Positions 9,969-19,753 of a stretch of 64,000 nucleotides of DNA are shown one piece after another; within the stretch, counting starts at the first letter, position 1, and each line of letters starts with the position of its first letter. A program made the position numbers and the translations under genes. The stretch is from Vicinamibacteria bacterium (GTDB taxonomy: Bacteria; Acidobacteriota; Vicinamibacteria; Marinacidobacterales; Marinacidobacteraceae): contig OY729431.1 in NCBI GenBank assembly GCA_963422395.1, positions 1,888,001-1,952,000 on the forward strand, in the 5' to 3' direction. Under the pieces are notes generated by a model, which saw only the letters and a program-made list of their open reading frames with translations, had not been told where the DNA came from and did not search any database.

Positions 9969-11379
9969 GATTCCCGCCTTCAGTCCCATGGAAGGTCCCG
10001 CCGGTTCTGCGCCCATGCGCGAAAGCTCCGGGGATCCCGACCCCGGTTCCCGAGCCGGCGCGGCGCGCCGGCCGACAGCGGATCCATCGGCTCGGGGATT
10101 CACTTCCGCCGCGGCGGTCGCCGGCGCGCTCGCCTCGGGGATCGTGCTGTTCGGCGCCTCGGTTTCGGGCTCCTGGCACGGGCCCGTCCCCAAGGCTCCC
10201 GAACCGCCCGCGGTGAGGACGAGCGAGGCGCCCATCTACGGTCTCTTCCTGGTCCCCGACAGCTTCCTCCGAGGCGACTCGCTCTCGAATGTGCTGGAGC
10301 GCAACGGGTTCTCCGCGCGGGAGATCGCCGACATCACCGAAGCCCTCACCCCGGTCAGCGAGGTGAGGCGGTTGCGGGCAGGGCAATCGGTCTGGCTGCA
10401 TCGGAACGAGCGCGGTGTTCCCTCGCGCATCGAATTGCCGATCGAAGACTTCCGCAGGGTCTCGGTCGTCCGCTCTGCAAACGGCTGGACCGCTCGGGAA
10501 ACCGAAGGGGTCCGTTTCAAGCACCGCGAGACGGTACAGGGCATCCTGACCACGAGCCTCGACGAGGCGGTCCATCGGGCCGGCGAGCGCGCCGACCTCG
10601 CCATGTTGATCGCGCAAGTGCTCGAACACGATGTGGACTTCCATCGCGACCCGCGGCGGGGGGACACCTTCTCCCTCGTCGTGGACAAGCTCTACGACGC
10701 CGAAGGCGTCTGGAAGGGATACGGGGATCTCCACGCAGTGCGCTATCGCAACGCCGGCCGCGCGATCACCGCCTTCCGTTTCGAACTGCCGAGCGGGGCA
10801 TCGGGCTACTACGACCACGAAGGGAACTCCGTCCAGCGCTCCTTCCTGACGAGCCCGGTGGCCTACACCCGCATTTCGGGCGTCTTCACGAGCCGCCGAT
10901 TCCACCCGGTACATCGCGTTTACCGCCCTCACTACGGAGTGGACTACGCGGCGCCGCGGGGAACTCCGGTGCGGGCCACCGCCGACGGGGTGGTGGCAGA
11001 CGCCGGCCGTCGCGGCCCCAACGGAAACATGGTCACGCTGCGCCATGCCGGCGGCTATGTGACGAAATACCTCCACCTGCAGCGCATCGCTCCCGAAGCC
11101 CGAACCGGGCACTCGGTGCGGCAGCGGGAGATCATCGGATATGTCGGCTCCACCGGGGTTTCCACCGGGCCGCATCTCGACTACCGCATGTCCCGCTACG
11201 GGAGGCCGCTGAACCCGCGCACTCACATCCTGCCGCCAGGCCCACCGATCTCACCGGAGTACCGGGCGGCGTTCGATGCTTGGCGGAACGGCATGCTGGC
11301 TGCCCTCGACAGCCCGGCACCCCGACCGCGCCCGTCCACCGCACTCCGGACTCTGGACGCGAGCGGGGGCGGCTCTTAG
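9946..11379 (+). CDS. M23 family peptidoglycan DD-metalloendopeptidase
   Basis: RFHPV..YRPHYGVDYAAPRGTPV, YLHL, STGPHLDY. N-terminal TM segment; start uncertain. Confidence 0.9.
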   Translation: MELSRLVRIPAFSPMEGPAGSAPMRESSGDPDPGSRAGAARRPTADPSARGFTSAAAVAGALASGIVLFGASVSGSWHGPVPKAPEPPAVRTSEAPIYGLFLVPDSFLRGDSLSNVLERNGFSAREIADITEALTPVSEVRRLRAGQSVWLHRNERGVPSRIELPIEDFRRVSVVRSANGWTARETEGVRFKHRETVQGILTTSLDEAVHRAGERADLAMLIAQVLEHDVDFHRDPRRGDTFSLVVDKLYDAEGVWKGYGDLHAVRYRNAGRAITAFRFELPSGASGYYDHEGNSVQRSFLTSPVAYTRISGVFTSRRFHPVHRVYRPHYGVDYAAPRGTPVRATADGVVADAGRRGPNGNMVTLRHAGGYVTKYLHLQRIAPEARTGHSVRQREIIGYVGSTGVSTGPHLDYRMSRYGRPLNPRTHILPPGPPISPEYRAAFDAWRNGMLAALDSPAPRPRPSTALRTLDASGGGS

Positions 11380-11738
11380 CAGTCCGTGGATAAAGTCGCG
11401 CGAGCACCGAGAGCGGGCCCGTTCTCCCGGAAAGAGCCGCGGCTTTCACCCATAGCCTGAAAAAAACACCTGTTGCGACCGAGCCTCCGGCTCGGGCGCG
11501 GCACAGCGGGGGTATGTGTGAAAGGGGGTCCACCCCCTTTCACGAATTGGTACCTCGGAATCCGAACTCGCTGCCCCCGGCAGCAGTTCGGATTCCCGGC
11601 GCGGAGCGCCGGGCGCTTCGAGAGCGGGGCATCTTCCCTCCTCCCCCAAAAACGCCCGACGCCATCCCTGACGCCCCGCCCTCGGAGCGCACCGCCCGAG
11701 AGTCGAGGACCGCTGACATCCTCGTCCACCGCAGTTGA
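11376..11738 (+). mobile_element. Modular repeat element E2, carrying an inverted diverged copy of the 302-bp array unit
   Basis: Starts TTAGCAGTCCGTGGATAAAGTCGCGCGAGCACCGAGA. About 11460-11635 aligns to the reverse complement of the 34982-35283 unit. Right end is uncertain (degenerate CTCGTCCACCGCAG). Confidence 0.7.
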
Positions 11739-11949
11739 CGCCGTGACCGCCCGGTCGGTCTCTGGGGGCCGAGAAGGAGATCTCGGCCCCCATCCATTTT
11801 TCATAACTCATTGATTTTTCTACGTATCGTCGAGCTGTCCAACGGGATCCACCCGCGCGTGGCGATCTTGGGAATCCGTTGGCGCGGGAGTTGCTGCTTC
11901 AAGCGTCCCGCATCGGAATCCGGAGCTTCGTCCCCGGATTCCTTTTCCC

Positions 11950-12423
11950 ATGGAGGTCCGCATGGCCCGATTCTGTTTTCCCCTTCCCGTCCTGGCGCTC
12001 GTCTCCTCGGCGGCGATCACGCTGGCGCCGGCGGCGGTCCAGCCCGACGAGCCGATCGACATCAACACCGCCACCGCCGAGCAACTCATCGAGCTGCCCC
12101 GGATCGGCGAAGTGACCGCTGCCCGCATCATCGCCTGGCGCGAGGAGAACGGCCCATTCACCAGCACCGAAGAACTGATGAATGTCCAGGGCATCGGTGA
12201 GCGGATCTATGAGCGGATCGAACCCCATGTGACGGTGGGGGACGGGCCGGGGAAAGAGCTCGGGCAGAGCCGGGAAGCGAGAGGAACCCTGGACGGAAGA
12301 AAAGAGAGGGAAGGGAACGGGGCCTGGAGTGAGATCTGGAACGAGATGCCCGCCCCTGCCCCACCGGGGGCCGCCAAGGATGCCTCCGAGGAGTCCGCCG
12401 GGCGTGCGCCGAGAACTTCCTGA
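11950..12423 (+). CDS. comEA: ComEA-family helix-hairpin-helix DNA-binding protein
   Basis: Signal peptide, then IDINTATAEQLIELPRIGEVTAARIIAWREENGPFTSTEELMNVQGIG. Confidence 0.88.
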   Translation: MEVRMARFCFPLPVLALVSSAAITLAPAAVQPDEPIDINTATAEQLIELPRIGEVTAARIIAWREENGPFTSTEELMNVQGIGERIYERIEPHVTVGDGPGKELGQSREARGTLDGRKEREGNGAWSEIWNEMPAPAPPGAAKDASEESAGRAPRTS

Positions 12424-13048
12424 GCGCAGTGGGAGCGGCGAGACCGGGAGTGATGCCGCCCGTCGGGCGCGGGGCTTCACGCTGGTCGAGCTGTTGCTCG
12501 CGATCGCGTTCCTCGCCGTACTCGGCGCCATGGCAGTCCCACCGTTCGCCGACCGCCTCCGCGCCGAAAAGGTCCGCGCCTCGGCGCTCGCCATCCGCGC
12601 GCTCCTGCATCAGACGCGCGCCGAGGCCGCCGCGAGATCCACGCAGGTGGCGGTTGTCTTCGATCCTCCTTCCCGGGGCTCGGGCAGCAGGATTCCGGGA
12701 TCCGCCGACTCGCCGGTGATCGCGGTGTATCTCGACGCGAACCACAATGGGGTGCGGCGTTCCGAGATCGCCGCAGGCAGAGAACGGCTGCTCGAAAACC
12801 CGTGGCGGTTCGGGAACCGTTTTCCCGGCGTCTCCTGGGGAGCTCCTGCCGGAGCCGGGGGCTCGGATGCGATCCCGGGGCTCGCCGTCGGAGCTGCCGG
12901 GATGATTTCCTTCTCGCCGCTCGGAGGTTCAGGTCCCGGTCGGATCACCGTGAGCGGAGAGGGCGTCGTCTATTCCGTGGTGATCCACGGTGGAAGCGCG
13001 CGGATTCGCCTCGAGCGCCGCGCGGGCGACAGGTGGATCCCGGCGTGA
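12380..13048 (+). CDS. GspH/FimT-like pseudopilin
   Basis: Prepilin cleavage motif RARG/FTLVELLLAIAFLAVLGAMAVP. Start uncertain. Confidence 0.8.
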   Translation: MPPRSPPGVRRELPERSGSGETGSDAARRARGFTLVELLLAIAFLAVLGAMAVPPFADRLRAEKVRASALAIRALLHQTRAEAAARSTQVAVVFDPPSRGSGSRIPGSADSPVIAVYLDANHNGVRRSEIAAGRERLLENPWRFGNRFPGVSWGAPAGAGGSDAIPGLAVGAAGMISFSPLGGSGPGRITVSGEGVVYSVVIHGGSARIRLERRAGDRWIPA

Positions 13049-13051
13049 TCC

Positions 13052-13579
13052 TCACACTTCGCGGGCGGGAATCAGCCTCCCGCCCGCGAGCTCCAGGTGC
13101 CGCCAGTCGGCGAGCGCCCGGAAGACATCGTTGTCGACCGCGACGAGCGCCGGGGACCTCCCGTACATCTCCTCACCGACCACCCCGGCGAGCGCGAGGA
13201 AGGCGTCCACGCCGCGGGTGATCAGCGCGGCCGGCGCAGTGCCGCACCGGATCGCCTCCAGCAGCACTGCAGTCGTCGTCGAAGAGCCCCGGGTCGCCGG
13301 AAGGATCAGCACCCCGCCGGCAGCGTTTTGCCCGGCGAGTGGGTGGTGGGTATCGGTGATCCGCCCCGAAGCAGCGTCGTAGCCTCCCCAGAAGCTGAGC
13401 GGTTCGTCGGCGTGGAGCACTTCGCCCGCGGCGTTTCCGGCGATCACCACCCGCCCCCGAAACACCTTCGTTTCGGCACGCCCGATACCGGAAGAACCGG
13501 CTCCCGCCCCTCCCGAAAATGCGGATTCCCCGGAAGGGAGAACCGGAGGGCTGCCCGCGCCCGCTGCGCTCATTCCCAT
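13052..13579 (-). CDS. Aconitase X swivel subunit (DUF126, AcnX2)
   Basis: PLSFWGGYDAASGRITDTHHPLAG...PATRGSSTT. Confidence 0.88.
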   Translation of the reverse strand: MGMSAAGAGSPPVLPSGESAFSGGAGAGSSGIGRAETKVFRGRVVIAGNAAGEVLHADEPLSFWGGYDAASGRITDTHHPLAGQNAAGGVLILPATRGSSTTTAVLLEAIRCGTAPAALITRGVDAFLALAGVVGEEMYGRSPALVAVDNDVFRALADWRHLELAGGRLIPAREV

Positions 13580-14844
13580 ACCCCCGACTCACGCACCACC
13601 CGCCCCTGCCGCGCCGACTCGACGCACTCCGCGAGGCTTCCGAATGCCACCTCTGTTCCGAGCAGACCCGGTGCATACCAGGCGTATTTGGCCGAGTTCG
13701 TCATGAGCCGGCGCACGGTTCCGGGGAGCATGGGAGTGGCCAGGATGCAGGTATCCACGGTGATGCGGCCTCCGAAAGCATGGAGGGGTTCGAGGAGGCC
13801 GGCGCGCTCCGCCAGCGCGCGCACCGCACGGCTCGTGGTCACCAGGAATTCGCAGCCGCCCTCGCCCCGGGCGCCCCGCTCCCGGAGCACCTGCGCCAGC
13901 TTCTCGAATTCGGCGAAGGAGAAATGCGGGCTCCCGAGCACCACCAGGTCGAGCGGACCTTCGCTCCGGGTGGTGAGCGTTCGGCGCGCGGCACCGAGCT
14001 CTGCGAGTCCCACTTCGCGGGTGACGGCGGGCTCTCGGCCGCCGAGCGCGGCGCGCAGGGTGGGTGCTTCGGGGGTGACGCCGGGAATGTGGAAGAGCGC
14101 CACCGCGCCCGAAGCAGCGGCAGCGGCGCCGAGCGCCTTGAGCTGGTCTTCGTCGGGCGGAACCGGAAGGCCGGTGATCGCCGCCGGCTGATCTTCGGCC
14201 CACGGCCCGAGCAAGTGGCCCAGCACCGGGTAGAAGTCGTCCGCCGCGGCCAGCGCTTCGGAAATTCCGGTCAGCCGAAGCACTCGGGTGGCGAGACGGT
14301 TCTCGTCGAGATGGAGCCCCGCAGCGGGGGCGCGGCCGGTGACTGCGCAGCAGATGTCGAGGAGATCCGGATAGCGCTCGGTGCGCGCTCCGAGAACCGA
14401 ATTGGCGAAACAGACCGCGTTCGATTCGCCCCAGGCGACCTGCTGGCCCCGACGGGGGGTGTGGCCGGCCTGGTACGGGGCGCAGGTCCAGGTCGGCGTG
14501 GTTCCCATCGAGGCGTAGGCCCGCATCTGCCGCGCCGATTTCTCGGCCCATTCCGGCGGCACCGCCCACTCGCTCCAGTGGAATTCGTCGAGACCGCTCA
14601 CATTCAAGGTGGAGGGAACCCGGACGCGCGCCCCGAGCCCGGCGAGCCGCTCCGCGAACTCCAGTCCGGCGTCTCCCACATAGATCGTGCTGTCTATGTG
14701 CGCCGACTCGATGTCCAGCATCGCGCCAGCGCCTCGGACCTCGGCCATCCGCAACAGGATCCGCATGGCGAGGCGCGCTGCCTCCCCCTGCTCTCCCGCG
14801 AGCAGCGCCCGATCCCGCTCGTCGAGCCGGACTTCGGCGCTCAT
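13570..14844 (-). CDS. Aconitase X catalytic subunit (DUF521, AcnX1)
   Basis: AHIDS, TCAPY, AWGESNAVCFANSVLGART, LGSPHFS, DTC, TNSAKYAWYAPG. Confidence 0.9.
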   Translation of the reverse strand: MSAEVRLDERDRALLAGEQGEAARLAMRILLRMAEVRGAGAMLDIESAHIDSTIYVGDAGLEFAERLAGLGARVRVPSTLNVSGLDEFHWSEWAVPPEWAEKSARQMRAYASMGTTPTWTCAPYQAGHTPRRGQQVAWGESNAVCFANSVLGARTERYPDLLDICCAVTGRAPAAGLHLDENRLATRVLRLTGISEALAAADDFYPVLGHLLGPWAEDQPAAITGLPVPPDEDQLKALGAAAAASGAVALFHIPGVTPEAPTLRAALGGREPAVTREVGLAELGAARRTLTTRSEGPLDLVVLGSPHFSFAEFEKLAQVLRERGARGEGGCEFLVTTSRAVRALAERAGLLEPLHAFGGRITVDTCILATPMLPGTVRRLMTNSAKYAWYAPGLLGTEVAFGSLAECVESARQGRVVRESGVWE

Positions 14845-14848
14845 CCGC

Positions 14849-16306
14849 TCAGTCGCGTACCCGGATCCCGGTTCGTTTCCATACGAAGCGATGGATCGCC
14901 AGGCAGACCAGGAGCAGCAGACTCAGCTGGAAAACCACCGTCCCGACGCTGAACTCCCCGAAGGGATTCCACCAGCCGCTTCCCGTGGACGACACCGACT
15001 GCCACATCCACCACAGGGCGAGCACGGTGAACTCGATCGGAACGATCCAGGTGATGACCCTCTCGAACCAGGACCCCACTCGCCATTCCTCCTCGGGTCC
15101 GAGAAGTTGTTCCTCACGGAAGCGGCGGGCTCCGCGGCGGATCACGGTGATGGCCACGAAGAGTCCGGACAGCAGCAACGCCACCCCCCAGACCCAGTCC
15201 TGGTTGCGGAAGAAGCCGAGCGACCAGGCAGAAGGGAGCCCGAACACGAAGGCCACCGCCCCCACCATCGGGACCGAGCGGCGGCGTGCCACTCCGATGT
15301 CCATCACCATCCGGTTCACGAGTTCCAGCTGGGAGATGAGCGAGGAGATCGCGGCGCAGCACAGCGTGAGGAAGAAGAGGGGAAGCAGGATTCCTCCACC
15401 CGGCATCTCGGAGAACAGGCGGGGGAGCCAGAGGAAGGTCAGCCCCTCGTTCCCGGCACCGAGGGCGGCGTCGCGGTCCGTTCCGGAACCACTCAGCGCG
15501 AACACGGTGCAGAGCACCGCGATGCCGGCGAGCAGCGAAGCGAAGTTGTTGGCGAACGCCGCAGCGATTCCGGTCCTCACGAAGCCCTGGCCCTTCGCCA
15601 CATAGGCGCCGAGCACCATGACTAGGCCCCACCCCGCACCCGTGCTCCAGGCGGTCTGAGTGAGCGCAGCGAGCCACAGCCGGTAATCGCCGAGCTGGCC
15701 GAAATCGGGAACGAAGAGGAATCGCAATCCCTCCCCGGCTCCGGGCAGCGTCACCGCCCGCAGCGCGGCGATCGCAAGCAGCACGAAGAGGGTCGGGACC
15801 AGAAAGCGATTGACTCGCTCGATGCCCCCCACCACCCCGCGGAAGATGATCGAGCAACCGATCAGCAAGGCGAGCCCGTGGAAGAGGACCGGCTGCACCG
15901 GATGGCTGGTGAAAGCCTCCCAATACGCCTGCGAATCGGCTCCTCGCAGCTGGCCCAGAACGGAGGCGACCAGGTACTTGAGGCACCAACCGGTGACTAC
16001 CGAGTAGTAGAAGGTGATGCAGGTGGTGACGAGGCCGATGAAGAGCCCCATCCAGTTGTGGCGGGCGCCGGTCAGCGCACCGATAGCGGCGGCTGGCCCG
16101 CGGCGCGAACTCTTGCCGAGTGCGAACTCGGCGAGCAACAGCGGAATCCCCCAGAGGAAGAGGAAGAGCAGCCAGGGGATCAGGAACTCGCCGCCGCCGT
16201 TCTGTGCCGCGATGCGGGGGAAACGCCAGATGTTGCCGGTGCCGACCGCCATCCCCACCGTGGCGAGCAGGACTGCCCAGCGGGAGGTGAACCGTTCGCT
16301 ACTCAC
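14849..16306 (-). CDS. Sodium-dependent transporter (NSS/SNF family)
   Basis: GMAVGTGNIWRFP..AAQNGGGEFLIPW and multiple TM helices. Confidence 0.92.
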   Translation of the reverse strand: MSSERFTSRWAVLLATVGMAVGTGNIWRFPRIAAQNGGGEFLIPWLLFLFLWGIPLLLAEFALGKSSRRGPAAAIGALTGARHNWMGLFIGLVTTCITFYYSVVTGWCLKYLVASVLGQLRGADSQAYWEAFTSHPVQPVLFHGLALLIGCSIIFRGVVGGIERVNRFLVPTLFVLLAIAALRAVTLPGAGEGLRFLFVPDFGQLGDYRLWLAALTQTAWSTGAGWGLVMVLGAYVAKGQGFVRTGIAAAFANNFASLLAGIAVLCTVFALSGSGTDRDAALGAGNEGLTFLWLPRLFSEMPGGGILLPLFFLTLCCAAISSLISQLELVNRMVMDIGVARRRSVPMVGAVAFVFGLPSAWSLGFFRNQDWVWGVALLLSGLFVAITVIRRGARRFREEQLLGPEEEWRVGSWFERVITWIVPIEFTVLALWWMWQSVSSTGSGWWNPFGEFSVGTVVFQLSLLLLVCLAIHRFVWKRTGIRVRD

Positions 16307-16423
16307 CGCGCCCCACCCCTCGCTCGCCGCCGGGCGGAGGCGGGTGCCCCAGGGCCGCGGCGCTCCGGAGGAAAACGGCCGGATCCGTCCGGTGCTCCCA
16401 GCCCCGCACTCCTTCTCCGCTCT

Positions 16424-17416
16424 TCATCCCCCGCGGCCCTGGTTCTGAAGCGTCAGGTCGAGCCCCAGACCGCGGGCTCGGGCCGCTTCGTACACGAAGG
16501 CGGCGCAGGCCACATCCTCGATCGCCACTCCCACCGACTTGAAGAGCGTGATGTCCTCGTCCGACTCCCGACCCGGCTTCTTGCCGGCGACGATGTCTCC
16601 GAGCTCGGCGTGGATCGAGCTCTCTTCGAACTCCCCGCTGCGGAGAGCCGCCATCAGGTCGCCGGCCTCGGCGAGCACCTGCGGGCGGAAGTCGGGCACG
16701 ACCCGCGCGCGGGCGAATGCAGCCGCCTCGACCTCCCGTTTCACCGGAGCGTTGGCGCCCACCGAGTTCACATGCATACCCGGTTCGAGCCAATCCGCCC
16801 GGATCACCGGTTCCTTCGTGGTGGTGGCCGCGCACACGATGTCCGAACCGCGCATCGCGGCTGCGGCGCTTCCGACCGGCTCGGCGTCGAGGCCCTCGGC
16901 GGCGAGCGCGGCGGCAAAGGCGGCCGCTGCCTCGGGAACCGCGTCGTGGATCCGCACCCGGCGGATCTTCCGCACTTCGCGCACCGCCGCGGCCTGGTTA
17001 CGGCCCTGGAACCCCGCCCCGATGAGGCCGAGCGAGGAAGCGTCCTTCCGCGCCAGATACCGAGTCGCCACCCCGCTGGCCGCGCCGGTCCGAGTCCCGG
17101 TGATGTGGGTTCCCGGCATCACTGCCGAGAGCGCTCCGGTTTCGGCATCGAAGTAGAGGAGAGCGAAATAGGTCTCCTCCGGGGCGCGCTTTCCAGGAGT
17201 TCCGGTGAGCGTCTTCAGCCCGAAGCCACGCATCTCGGGAATCACCGCCGCCATGATCCGGAAGTTACCGGCAGCCCCCGAAAGCGGCAGGATCAAGCGC
17301 GGGGCCAGTTGAGTCCGGCCTTCGGCGTGAAGCCGGAAGGATTTCTCGAGAAGACCTACGGCATCCTTCATGGAAAGCGCCTCGGCGACCTCTCGTTCGG
17401 TGAGGATGAGTGCCAC
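16424..17416 (-). CDS. Ornithine cyclodeaminase/mu-crystallin family protein
   Basis: ITGTRTGAASGVAT, IGAGFQG, GMHVNSVG, ITLFKSVGVAIEDVA. Confidence 0.9.
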   Translation of the reverse strand: MALILTEREVAEALSMKDAVGLLEKSFRLHAEGRTQLAPRLILPLSGAAGNFRIMAAVIPEMRGFGLKTLTGTPGKRAPEETYFALLYFDAETGALSAVMPGTHITGTRTGAASGVATRYLARKDASSLGLIGAGFQGRNQAAAVREVRKIRRVRIHDAVPEAAAAFAAALAAEGLDAEPVGSAAAAMRGSDIVCAATTTKEPVIRADWLEPGMHVNSVGANAPVKREVEAAAFARARVVPDFRPQVLAEAGDLMAALRSGEFEESSIHAELGDIVAGKKPGRESDEDITLFKSVGVAIEDVACAAFVYEAARARGLGLDLTLQNQGRGG

Positions 17417-17433
17417 GGGACGAGTGTACCCGG

Positions 17434-17750
17434 CAGCTGCGACCTACGGTAGGTCGTTCATGCGAACCCGATCCCCGAAGCTCATCGGCATCCACCACCC
17501 CTCAGCAGAAGGAGCAACCTCGCTATCCGCCGCTTCGTCCACAGACTGCTGACAGCCTGTGGATGAAGTGGCGTGAGCGCCGAGAGTGGCCAGTTCTCCC
17601 GGTGGGGGCGGCGCCCGGCGGGCAAAGCGCGTGAGGGAGGAATCCCGGGAGTATTTCGACCGAAACAACGATGAACCCCGGGGAACTGGGCGTTCAGCCG
17701 GGGCCCCCACCGGGAGAACTGGGCCGTGTGACTTCGTCCACCGGCTGTCA
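17434..17750 (+). mobile_element. Two abutting modular repeat elements (E3a 17434-17552, E3b 17549-17750)
   Basis: Junction CTTCGTCCACAGACTG-CTGA-CAGCCTGTGGATGAAG. E3a body matches 23078-23160; E3b ends GACTTCGTCCACCGGCTGTCA, whose TCA is the ProDH stop. Confidence 0.82.
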
Positions 17751-18650
17751 ACCCCGGGAGAAGACCGCCCGGATCACATGATGGGCGAGCTCCGGGTTCT
17801 TGCGGAGACGGCGGAGCGAGTAAGGCAACCACTCCGGCCCGAACGGAACAGCGACCCGGACGCGGTGCCCGGCGCGCCGGACGATCTCCCGCAGGCGCGG
17901 GCGCACACCGTGGAGCATCTGGAACTCGTAGCGCTCCGGCGGCACTCCGAGTTCTTCCACCATCGTGGATGCCTTGAAGATCAGCCACTCGTCGTGGGTG
18001 GCGATGCCGACCGAACAACCCGCCGTCAGCAGCTCGCGAAGGAGTAAGCAGTAGTTCTCCCGGATAAGCTGCGGCTCGGTGTAGGCGATCTCGTGGGACT
18101 CCAGATAGACACCCTTGCAGAGCCGCACATAGAACCCGGGGGCGGCCAGCTTCCGCACATCGGCGAGGCTTCGCCGCATCCGCGCCTGGATCACCACTCC
18201 GAAGTTCAGGAAATCGGGATGGAGTTCCCGGTAGAGATCGAGCGTCGCGTCGATCCGCGGACTGTCCTCCATGTCCATCCGCAGGAAAGTGCCGCCGCGG
18301 CTCGATGCGTATTCCAGCAGCGAACGGACCTGGTCTCGGCAGAAGCCGCGGTCGAGAAGCAGCCCGAGCTGGGTCAGCTTCACATGGACATACGCAGCAA
18401 GCTCGCGGCGGGCGACCGTATCCAGGACCTCTCGGTACATTGCGGTGGCGGCTTCGGCCTCCGCCCGGCTCTCGACGAATTCGCCGAGCTGACTGATGGC
18501 GACCAGGTATCCCTGCCGGTTCAGCATCTCGGCCTCCCGGGCGGCCTCCTCCACCGTCTCGCCGGCGATGTATGGCCGGGCGAAGGGACGGACCGCAGCC
18601 TTGGGCAGGAACTGCAGGCTGGCCGCGATCGTCCGATCGAAGAGACCCAA
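17748..18650 (-). CDS. Proline dehydrogenase (monofunctional)
   Basis: PYIAGET, VKLTQLGL, RMDMED, VRLCKGVY, IATHD, EFQMLHG, YSLRRL. TTG start (MGLFDR) chosen because the upstream in-frame part lies in repeat E4. Confidence 0.9.
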   Translation of the reverse strand: MGLFDRTIAASLQFLPKAAVRPFARPYIAGETVEEAAREAEMLNRQGYLVAISQLGEFVESRAEAEAATAMYREVLDTVARRELAAYVHVKLTQLGLLLDRGFCRDQVRSLLEYASSRGGTFLRMDMEDSPRIDATLDLYRELHPDFLNFGVVIQARMRRSLADVRKLAAPGFYVRLCKGVYLESHEIAYTEPQLIRENYCLLLRELLTAGCSVGIATHDEWLIFKASTMVEELGVPPERYEFQMLHGVRPRLREIVRRAGHRVRVAVPFGPEWLPYSLRRLRKNPELAHHVIRAVFSRG

Positions 18651-18664
18651 ACCGGCCAACGCTC

Positions 18665-18818
18665 TCAGCAGTCTGTGGATGAAGTGGCGCGAGCCCCGAG
18701 AGCGGCCCATGCGGGGCCGGAAAGGCCCCGCGAACACGCCGAAGAGCGAGGGGTTCCCAGCCGAGTGTCCTCGACCGGGAGTCCCTCGCTGCTCGGCACT
18801 TCGTCCACAGGCTGTTAG
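18665..18818 (+). mobile_element. Modular repeat element E4
   Basis: TCAGCAGTCTGTGGATGAAGT...ACTTCGTCCACAGGCTGTTAG. Carries the module GCGGGGCC..GGCCCCGC / GAGCGAGGG..CCCTCGCT shared with 26835-26925. Confidence 0.82.
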
Positions 18819-18821
18819 ATG

Positions 18822-19703
18822 TTAGAGCTCGAAGTGGCGGAGGATGCGGTCGAGCGCCTCTTCGGTCGGGGAGTCGAGCGCTGCCGCCGGAGCCCGGATT
18901 CCGGGATGGGAGATCGCACCCCGGCGCCGGAGCATCTCCTTGCGGATCGCCATGCCGATCCCCTCCTGGAACTCGAAGCGCATCATCGGGGCATAACGGT
19001 AGAAGACTTCGGCGGCGCCGTCCCGGTCGCCGGCATCCCAGCGCGACACCACCGAGACGAGCAGCTTCGGATAGGCGAAACCGGTCATGGCGCCGGTAGC
19101 GCCGGCGAGGAGCTCCTCGAGGAGATAGGTCCCGCCGAGACCGCCGAAGATGCCGATCTCGATATCCGGGGTCCGCTCCCGGATCCGCGCCGCCTTGTAA
19201 GGCGTCGGGGCATCTTCCAGCTTGATCGTCCGCGCCGCCGGGATCTCCCGGCACAGGCGGGCGAGGAGGTCCGGTTCCATGGGAAAGCCGGAGATCGGCG
19301 GAAAGTCCTGGATCACGATGGGGATCGAGATCGTGTCGGCGATCGCGGCGAAGTGGCGGAAGACCGCCTCCGCGTTGCACCTCGGGGCACGCGGCGGAGA
19401 CACCATCACCCCAGCGGCGCCCGCCTGCTCGGCGGCGCGGCAACGCTCGAGGCAGATGTCGAGGCCCGGACCGGAAGCGCCGACGATCACCGGAACCCGG
19501 CCCGCCGCATGGCTCATGCTGGCGTCGAGGATCTCGTCGCGTTCGCGGTCGGAGATCCGGGACACCTCGCTGGTCACGCCGAGGGCGGTGAACCCGGATA
19601 CGCCGTCCTCGAGGAAGAGCGCGATCACTCGGCCGAGGCTCGCGGAATCGAAGCGGCCGTCCGCAGCGAAGGGGGTCGGAAGAACCGAGTAGACACCGTT
19701 CAT
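18822..19703 (-). CDS. Dihydrodipicolinate synthase (DapA/NAL) family aldolase-type enzyme
   Basis: GVYSVLPTPF, LGVTSE, VPVIVG, IKLED, GAMTGF. Confidence 0.88.
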   Translation of the reverse strand: MNGVYSVLPTPFAADGRFDSASLGRVIALFLEDGVSGFTALGVTSEVSRISDRERDEILDASMSHAAGRVPVIVGASGPGLDICLERCRAAEQAGAAGVMVSPPRAPRCNAEAVFRHFAAIADTISIPIVIQDFPPISGFPMEPDLLARLCREIPAARTIKLEDAPTPYKAARIRERTPDIEIGIFGGLGGTYLLEELLAGATGAMTGFAYPKLLVSVVSRWDAGDRDGAAEVFYRYAPMMRFEFQEGIGMAIRKEMLRRRGAISHPGIRAPAAALDSPTEEALDRILRHFEL

Positions 19704-19753
19704 GGGGCGATTCTCGCACAGCGGCACCCTCTCTCTGATACAACCCCGGTGTC

